This document shows, piece after piece, positions 27,545-32,000 of a stretch of DNA of 32,000 nt (position 1 is its first letter; the number at the start of each line of letters is the position of its first letter). The stretch is taken from positions 1,275,313 through 1,307,312 of the forward strand of contig NZ_LNZA01000001.1 in the NCBI RefSeq assembly GCF_001468035.1, read 5' to 3'. The notes beneath the pieces are model-generated. The model had not been told where the DNA came from. It did no database searches and saw nothing but the letters and a program-made list of their open reading frames with translations. The position numbers and the translations under genes were made by a program. The DNA is from Legionella tucsonensis (GTDB lineage: Bacteria > Pseudomonadota > Gammaproteobacteria > Legionellales > Legionellaceae).

Positions 27545-29494
27545 TCATTCCATTGATGGGCGCATATTCGCTTCTAAAAATTCGAGAGCCTCTTCTTCGG
27601 ATCCTAGATTATTTTTTTCTGCCCACTTCAGTATATTAATATAATTTTCTTTTTGGCCTTTAGGGACGTCCTCTGCTTCAAGAAATTGAGCATAGGAAAT
27701 ATAAATCATTTCTATAGGAGTTAGACCTTCATTGTTTCTTATTGTGAGAATCTCGGGGTGGCGCTTGAATATAAACTCCAATAATTTTAGATGAGGTCTT
27801 TCGTTTTGTACCACAATATGTGCGTAGGTATTGCCGTCTTCATCCCTGTATTCTTTCAAATTTGCTTTAGATGGAGCAAGAGCAATCAAGTTTTGAATAG
27901 CGGAGTCAGGATTCTCTTGCATTGCGAACAAATGAACTGGCGTATATCCATCTTGATCTTTTTGTAAAACTAATTCATGGAAGATTGAAAAATCCATTTT
28001 ATGGAGCCAATCAAATACTTCGGGTTTATTTTGCTTTAGGGCAAAATGAAGGATATTTTCTCCTTGATTATTTTTAGTATATAACTCAAGCCTATTGTTT
28101 TTTAATAATCCATTTAAAATATCAAGTGCATTATCTTTAAATATAGATCGATGCATACGAGGTTGTTCCCGATCACTTTGATATTCTCTAAAAACTACTT
28201 CTGCTCTTTTGCCGCTATGACTCCAAACCAATTCTTTAAAAATGCGAAAGGAGCCTATGGCCGCTCCTATTTTAGCTGTCAAAGCAAGGTCCTTACACAT
28301 TTTTTCATATTCTTTTAATTTTTGATGAAATTGCTGGGGATTTGCGTTAAATATTTTTCGTAGAAATTTTCCCTGAGTGAGTGCATCATTTATTCCATGA
28401 CCCCAAGGATAATAGGGTGCCCGGTAACTGTCGCCCATTAAGATAAATATTTTATCTTGTGATAATATGAATGCTTTAGATGCTTGATTAAGAATCGTTA
28501 CGAATAAGCTAAAATCAATAATGCCATTTTTATCCGGATTAAACGCAACATCCTTAGTACCCATCTTCAACTCTGAAAGAATCTTATTTTTAATGAATTC
28601 TTCTAGAGCTTTGGTTGCTTCCCGATAGTATTTTTCAAGTTGTTTAATCTGATTTTTATCTTGATTTTCTTTATTTACTGCATCGAAATATGCTCCTTTC
28701 GCCTCATAATAGAAGTAATATAATTCTCGAGGAATTTCACAGTTAATATTACACTCTATCGTTGTTTTATCATTTGAGGTATGTGCGAAAATAATAGCAA
28801 AATACAATCCATCTTTCCCTACGTTAATACGTGCATCTTCAGATTCATTTTCTTGTTTGACTGGTAGTACAATCGGTGAATCATCTGTTTTTTTAATAAC
28901 AGGAACAAAAACGCTTACATGATATTTATGCGGGCGTTTAAAATCGCGTTGGTAAATAATTTGTTGTTTAGGTGGTAGATCTTTATTCACTTCATCTACT
29001 GCATGATGATGGACACCATCTGCACCAATTAAAAAATCAAATGTTGTTTTTGCCTTATCTTCCTGATTTTGAGAATCAATAATTCTTGCTTCACCCGAAG
29101 ATAATTGCACATCCGCTAATGTACTTTTTTCAAATATGTTAAATTTAGTATTATCAAGTTCTTTGATTCGACGTAAAAGATACTTTTCAACTTCGCTAAT
29201 CGGAATGCCACGTTTGGTGTCTAAGTTTGCCAAAAAATCTCTGTCTTCTTCACTAATAGTTTCTGGTTTTCTGGGCAATGAATTAAACATCAAATGTAAA
29301 TATTCACGAAGTTCAGCTTGTAAAAAAACTTTTTGTACTCTTGTATAATCATTCTCGTCTCGATTGGTTAGAAGACAGACTGTCTTTCCTGCTCTAATTG
29401 CCTCCCAAGCAGCAGATAACCCCGCAGGTCCCATGCCAGAAACGACAACATCATAATGTACTCTTTCTTGTTCAGGCATATTTTGCATTCTCAT
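27545..29494 (-). CDS. Class-A flavoprotein monooxygenase-like domain fused to C-terminal ankyrin repeats
   Basis: The N-terminus YDVVVSGMGPAGLSAAWEAIRAGKTVCLL carries GxGxxG. LIGADGVHHHAV is the DG motif, and MGDSYRAPYYPWGHGINDALTQG is the GD...G.G.N motif. The C-terminal ~150 aa (about nt 27634-28084) has 3-4 ankyrin-like repeats: GENILHFALKQNKPEVFDWL, DGYTPVHLFAMQENPDSAIQNLI, DGNTYAHIVVQNERPHLKLLEFI and EGLTPIEM. Confidence 0.85.
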   Translation of the reverse strand: MRMQNMPEQERVHYDVVVSGMGPAGLSAAWEAIRAGKTVCLLTNRDENDYTRVQKVFLQAELREYLHLMFNSLPRKPETISEEDRDFLANLDTKRGIPISEVEKYLLRRIKELDNTKFNIFEKSTLADVQLSSGEARIIDSQNQEDKAKTTFDFLIGADGVHHHAVDEVNKDLPPKQQIIYQRDFKRPHKYHVSVFVPVIKKTDDSPIVLPVKQENESEDARINVGKDGLYFAIIFAHTSNDKTTIECNINCEIPRELYYFYYEAKGAYFDAVNKENQDKNQIKQLEKYYREATKALEEFIKNKILSELKMGTKDVAFNPDKNGIIDFSLFVTILNQASKAFILSQDKIFILMGDSYRAPYYPWGHGINDALTQGKFLRKIFNANPQQFHQKLKEYEKMCKDLALTAKIGAAIGSFRIFKELVWSHSGKRAEVVFREYQSDREQPRMHRSIFKDNALDILNGLLKNNRLELYTKNNQGENILHFALKQNKPEVFDWLHKMDFSIFHELVLQKDQDGYTPVHLFAMQENPDSAIQNLIALAPSKANLKEYRDEDGNTYAHIVVQNERPHLKLLEFIFKRHPEILTIRNNEGLTPIEMIYISYAQFLEAEDVPKGQKENYINILKWAEKNNLGSEEEALEFLEANMRPSME

Positions 29495-29618
29495 AAGATA
29501 AAGACATTCTTCTTTTATTATATTCTAGATAATGTATTTTAGAGTAAGTCAAAGTATCCAACAGAAGAAAATTCTTTTTGGAATACTGTTTTTTAATATC
29601 TGTGCCGCTTTTTCTTAA

Positions 29619-29747
29619 ATGGAACGTGAACTTATTTATGAGCGTGTTAAAGTAGGATTAGATTCTGTCAAACAAATTTGCGAAGCATGGGGATTATCCG
29701 ATCCGTATTTTATCGATGCATTAATCAATTTTTTTAATGTTAATTAA
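29619..29747 (+). pseudogene. 42-codon ORF carrying a serine-recombinase-like motif (possible relic)
   Basis: In MERELIYERVKVGLDSVKQICEAWGLSDPYFIDALINFFNVN*, the first 14 residues resemble the resolvase motif (F)ERELI.ER.kaGL. A stop codon lies directly upstream and there is no catalytic domain. Evidence is thin. Confidence 0.3.
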
Positions 29748-29947
29748 TCCCATTTACATATGATATATATTTATATATAGTGTTTATTTATCAAACAATA
29801 AATAAAGTATGATTCATAAGTATCAAAAATCATTAGTCATTAATTATGTTCGTGTTGCTTTTTTATTAGGTATTACCAAAGGCTTAAAGGCATACATACT
29901 TACAAGAATTAGACGAATTAAGAGGCCTTGATGAGCAACAAAAAGAT

Positions 29948-30172
29948 GTGGCTTTATTTGTGGAAAGTGTTGATGCTAATAAATATAGTGAACTCTATAC
30001 GAATTATTTAAAACCACTTTTATTTTTTGCAAAAATTTTTGAACAGGTTAAATCGTTTCCTCCTATTCCCGTTTCTAAAAATCAAGCCAGTTTCTTTAAT
30101 ACTGAAGTCGCGACTTTGATAACAAGTCAGGTAGGTATGGACAATACTCAGGATACAGTGTCTAACCCATAA
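29948..30172 (+). CDS. Doubtful ORF (GTG start), possibly the 3' part of a frameshifted gene starting at ATG 29810
   Basis: There is no ATG and no SD. The upstream 40-codon ORF 29810..29930, in another frame, abuts it. I recognised no motifs. Confidence 0.25.
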   Translation: MALFVESVDANKYSELYTNYLKPLLFFAKIFEQVKSFPPIPVSKNQASFFNTEVATLITSQVGMDNTQDTVSNP

Positions 30173-30240
30173 TCCGCTTATTTTTTAAGGAAACAATAAT
30201 AACAACAGAGAACACGTTAACGATTAAAATAAGGTGTTCT

Positions 30241-30456
30241 ATGAAAAAAGCATTATTTCTAATTGCATTTCTATTTCAATCAACAAGTTTTGCTTATATT
30301 TATGGGGAAACTGGTGATCAAGAACTTGATTCTTTAGCTTATAGAATGCAACAACAAGATATTGAGGACAGGCTTTACGCCATTGAGTCTAATCAAAGAA
30401 GCGATGAACAACAACAATGGGAAAAAGATTTATTTGATGCAGTTAATAATCGTTAA
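30241..30456 (+). CDS. Small secreted protein (71 aa, acidic/Gln-rich mature part)
   Basis: AAGGTG lies upstream. The signal peptide is MKKALFLIAFLFQSTSFA-YIYG. Confidence 0.5.
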   Translation: MKKALFLIAFLFQSTSFAYIYGETGDQELDSLAYRMQQQDIEDRLYAIESNQRSDEQQQWEKDLFDAVNNR

Positions 30457-30666
30457 ACAATCAATGCAATCTCATTGGATACAATAAGATCCTTTATTCC
30501 AGGAGAGCAATCTACATCCATGACGTTATATATGAATCACCGTCATTGCAAGCACCTTAAAAGTTTATCTCGCGCTGAGTTTTGAAACAGACTTTAAAAA
30601 GCAAGTTGACTCTATTAAAAAGTCAGCTCAAGAGATAGAGGAACAACAAACACCCCCTCAAGCTTC

Positions 30667-30714
30667 CGAATCCACTAGGTCTGATTATCAAAATAATCAG
30701 ACCTAGTGGATTCG
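30667..30714. repeat. Perfect palindrome: 22-bp stem, 4-nt loop
   Basis: CGAATCCACTAGGTCTGATTAT - CAAA - ATAATCAGACCTAGTGGATTCG. It lies 60 nt downstream of the endoglucanase stop on the minus strand. Neither side has a flanking U-tract. Confidence 0.9.
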
Positions 30715-30773
30715 TCTTACTATCACCTACTTGCGATGTGTTTGATGTTCCATTGGCTGCATAAAGAAAATAA

Positions 30774-32000
30774 TCAGATAAGAATATTTTTTTTAATATA
30801 ACTTCCCGCAGGTTTCAAGTTGGTATCAACCCATGGACCATTGGAACATGTGCCTGTTTTCCAAACGGCACCTGAAAGTGAATCATCAGAATAATTCCAA
30901 TTAATCCAGCTAATTTTCTTTTGGGAAAATAACTGCAAATATCTATCGGCCATAGCAAAGTCATTAGCACCACCGCCTGAATAAGTTTGCGTACCAAATT
31001 CAGTGACAAAAATAGGTAACGAATTAGAGGCTTTGTCAACTTCATTCAGATAATTATCGCGATGTGATGCTGCATAAAAATGGAAGGTGTACATAATATT
31101 GGAATGATTAAGCGGATTATTGATGATATCTTGTGATGATCTACCATCCGAAACACCCAATGAACTCCATCCAGCCGTACCAACCAAAATAATCGTTTTA
31201 TTATCAATCGTACGAATAACGGGGATTAAGGCGTCAGCATAACTTTTAATGCTACTCCAAGAAACTCCGTTGGGCTCGTTAGCAATTTCATAAAACAAAT
31301 TATTATTATTTTTGTGTGCTGTTGCGATGGCAGTAAAGAATGTTTTTGCTTTGGAGAGATTCACATTTGGATCTCCTGGCGTTAAGATGTGCCAATCAAC
31401 AATCACATAAATACCACGTCTAGTTGCTTCATCGATAAGCGCATTCACTTGGTTAGTAAATGCAGTGGGGTTTGTTTCGTAACCACCTTCTTGTACATAC
31501 ATAGAAATACGCATGATACTTGCTTTCCATGTATTAGCTAAGATATCTAGTGAAGCCGTGGTTAAACAAGCTTTTCCTGTATTACTTCCTTGCCAACCAT
31601 ACCATTGAATACCATGTGAACTCATACCTTTTAGTTGAATAGTTTGGTTGTGTTCATTACATAGTTGCGTGCCGCATACATGTAATTGTCCATTTCGCGA
31701 TACAGGCGTGTCTGAACTGTCAGCAGTGAGTGTAATATTTTCGATTGCACCATTCTCAACAGTCAAAGGTTGAGGATTAAAAGTGGTGGTATAGCCTGAT
31801 ACTGCGTTTGCAGAAACGGTATAAATAGTTCCTGTGGTAAGTGAAACAGCTTTAGAACCAGTTCCATTTGTTAATGGAATGTTTTGGGTAATAGGGGTTG
31901 TTGTATTATTTGGCGTTAAAGTAACTTGTAGCGAACTCAAGGTGGTAGGTGCACCTTTCACACTAAAGGTGACAAGACTTTGTGCCACTTGAGTGCAACG
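30774..32000 (-). CDS. GH5 (cellulase family A) endoglucanase, 5'-truncated by the window edge
   Basis: The catalytic domain carries NGQLHVCGTQL, VIVDWHILTPGDPN, FYEIANEPNG (acid/base Glu) and IFVTEFG (nucleophile Glu). A T/N-rich beta-type region precedes it. The frame stays open to position 32000 and no signal peptide is seen, so the true start lies outside the window. Confidence 0.9.
   Translation of the reverse strand, partial: RCTQVAQSLVTFSVKGAPTTLSSLQVTLTPNNTTTPITQNIPLTNGTGSKAVSLTTGTIYTVSANAVSGYTTTFNPQPLTVENGAIENITLTADSSDTPVSRNGQLHVCGTQLCNEHNQTIQLKGMSSHGIQWYGWQGSNTGKACLTTASLDILANTWKASIMRISMYVQEGGYETNPTAFTNQVNALIDEATRRGIYVIVDWHILTPGDPNVNLSKAKTFFTAIATAHKNNNNLFYEIANEPNGVSWSSIKSYADALIPVIRTIDNKTIILVGTAGWSSLGVSDGRSSQDIINNPLNHSNIMYTFHFYAASHRDNYLNEVDKASNSLPIFVTEFGTQTYSGGGANDFAMADRYLQLFSQKKISWINWNYSDDSLSGAVWKTGTCSNGPWVDTNLKPAGSYIKKNILI

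Noticed and set aside
30480-30666. Start-less ORF ending ...DFKKQVDSIKKSAQEIEEQQTPPQASESTRSDYQNNQT* that runs into the palindrome
   Set aside because: It has no initiation codon or SD, is bounded by a stop about 57 codons upstream, and its end is dictated by the palindrome sequence. At most it is a gene relic.
1-32000. CRISPR arrays, rRNA/tRNA genes and intact IS elements
   Set aside because: Scanning by eye found no regularly spaced direct repeats, no conserved rRNA blocks, no cloverleaf-capable tRNA candidates, and no transposase ORF with terminal inverted repeats. A tRNAscan/Infernal run would be the decisive check.

Overview
Visibly AT-rich gammaproteobacterial chromosome segment. It looks Legionella-like, but that is an inference from an ankyrin-repeat fusion protein, several eukaryote-like enzymes and the overall gene content, not a database result. 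Positions 1-8.9 kb are a housekeeping block: a PAS-receiver regulator, an HGSNAT-like membrane acyltransferase, an FmdB zinc-ribbon/DUF502/aspS operon, an MscK-like mechanosensitive channel gene broken by a single in-frame TAG, and mutH with its start embedded in the channel gene's 3' end. From about 8.9 kb onward the window is a patchwork of metabolic genes mixed with accessory or orphan genes and mobile-element debris. The metabolic genes are an amidase, a Spy/CpxP-like chaperone, a GH37 trehalase, an NAD-dependent formate dehydrogenase, a CaCA antiporter, a DAO-family flavoprotein, a GNAT acetyltransferase and a GH5 endoglucanase that runs off the right edge. The debris comprises a serine-recombinase relic (9114-9287), an IS5-type transposase relic (22560-22700), a second recombinase-like motif (29619-29747) and a decayed zone with a perfect 22-bp-stem palindrome. 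I saw no rRNA, tRNA or CRISPR array. The best candidates for something new are: (1) a signal-peptide-bearing DUF62 SAM-cleaving enzyme homologue translationally coupled to an AT3-SGNH O-acyltransferase; (2) a class-A flavoprotein monooxygenase fused to C-terminal ankyrin repeats; (3) an AT3 acyltransferase plus divergent methyltransferase-like pair, followed after an IS relic by two orphan genes; (4) an Inc-like hydrophobic-hairpin protein next to the recombinase relic. All functional calls rest on motifs read by eye. No homology search was run.
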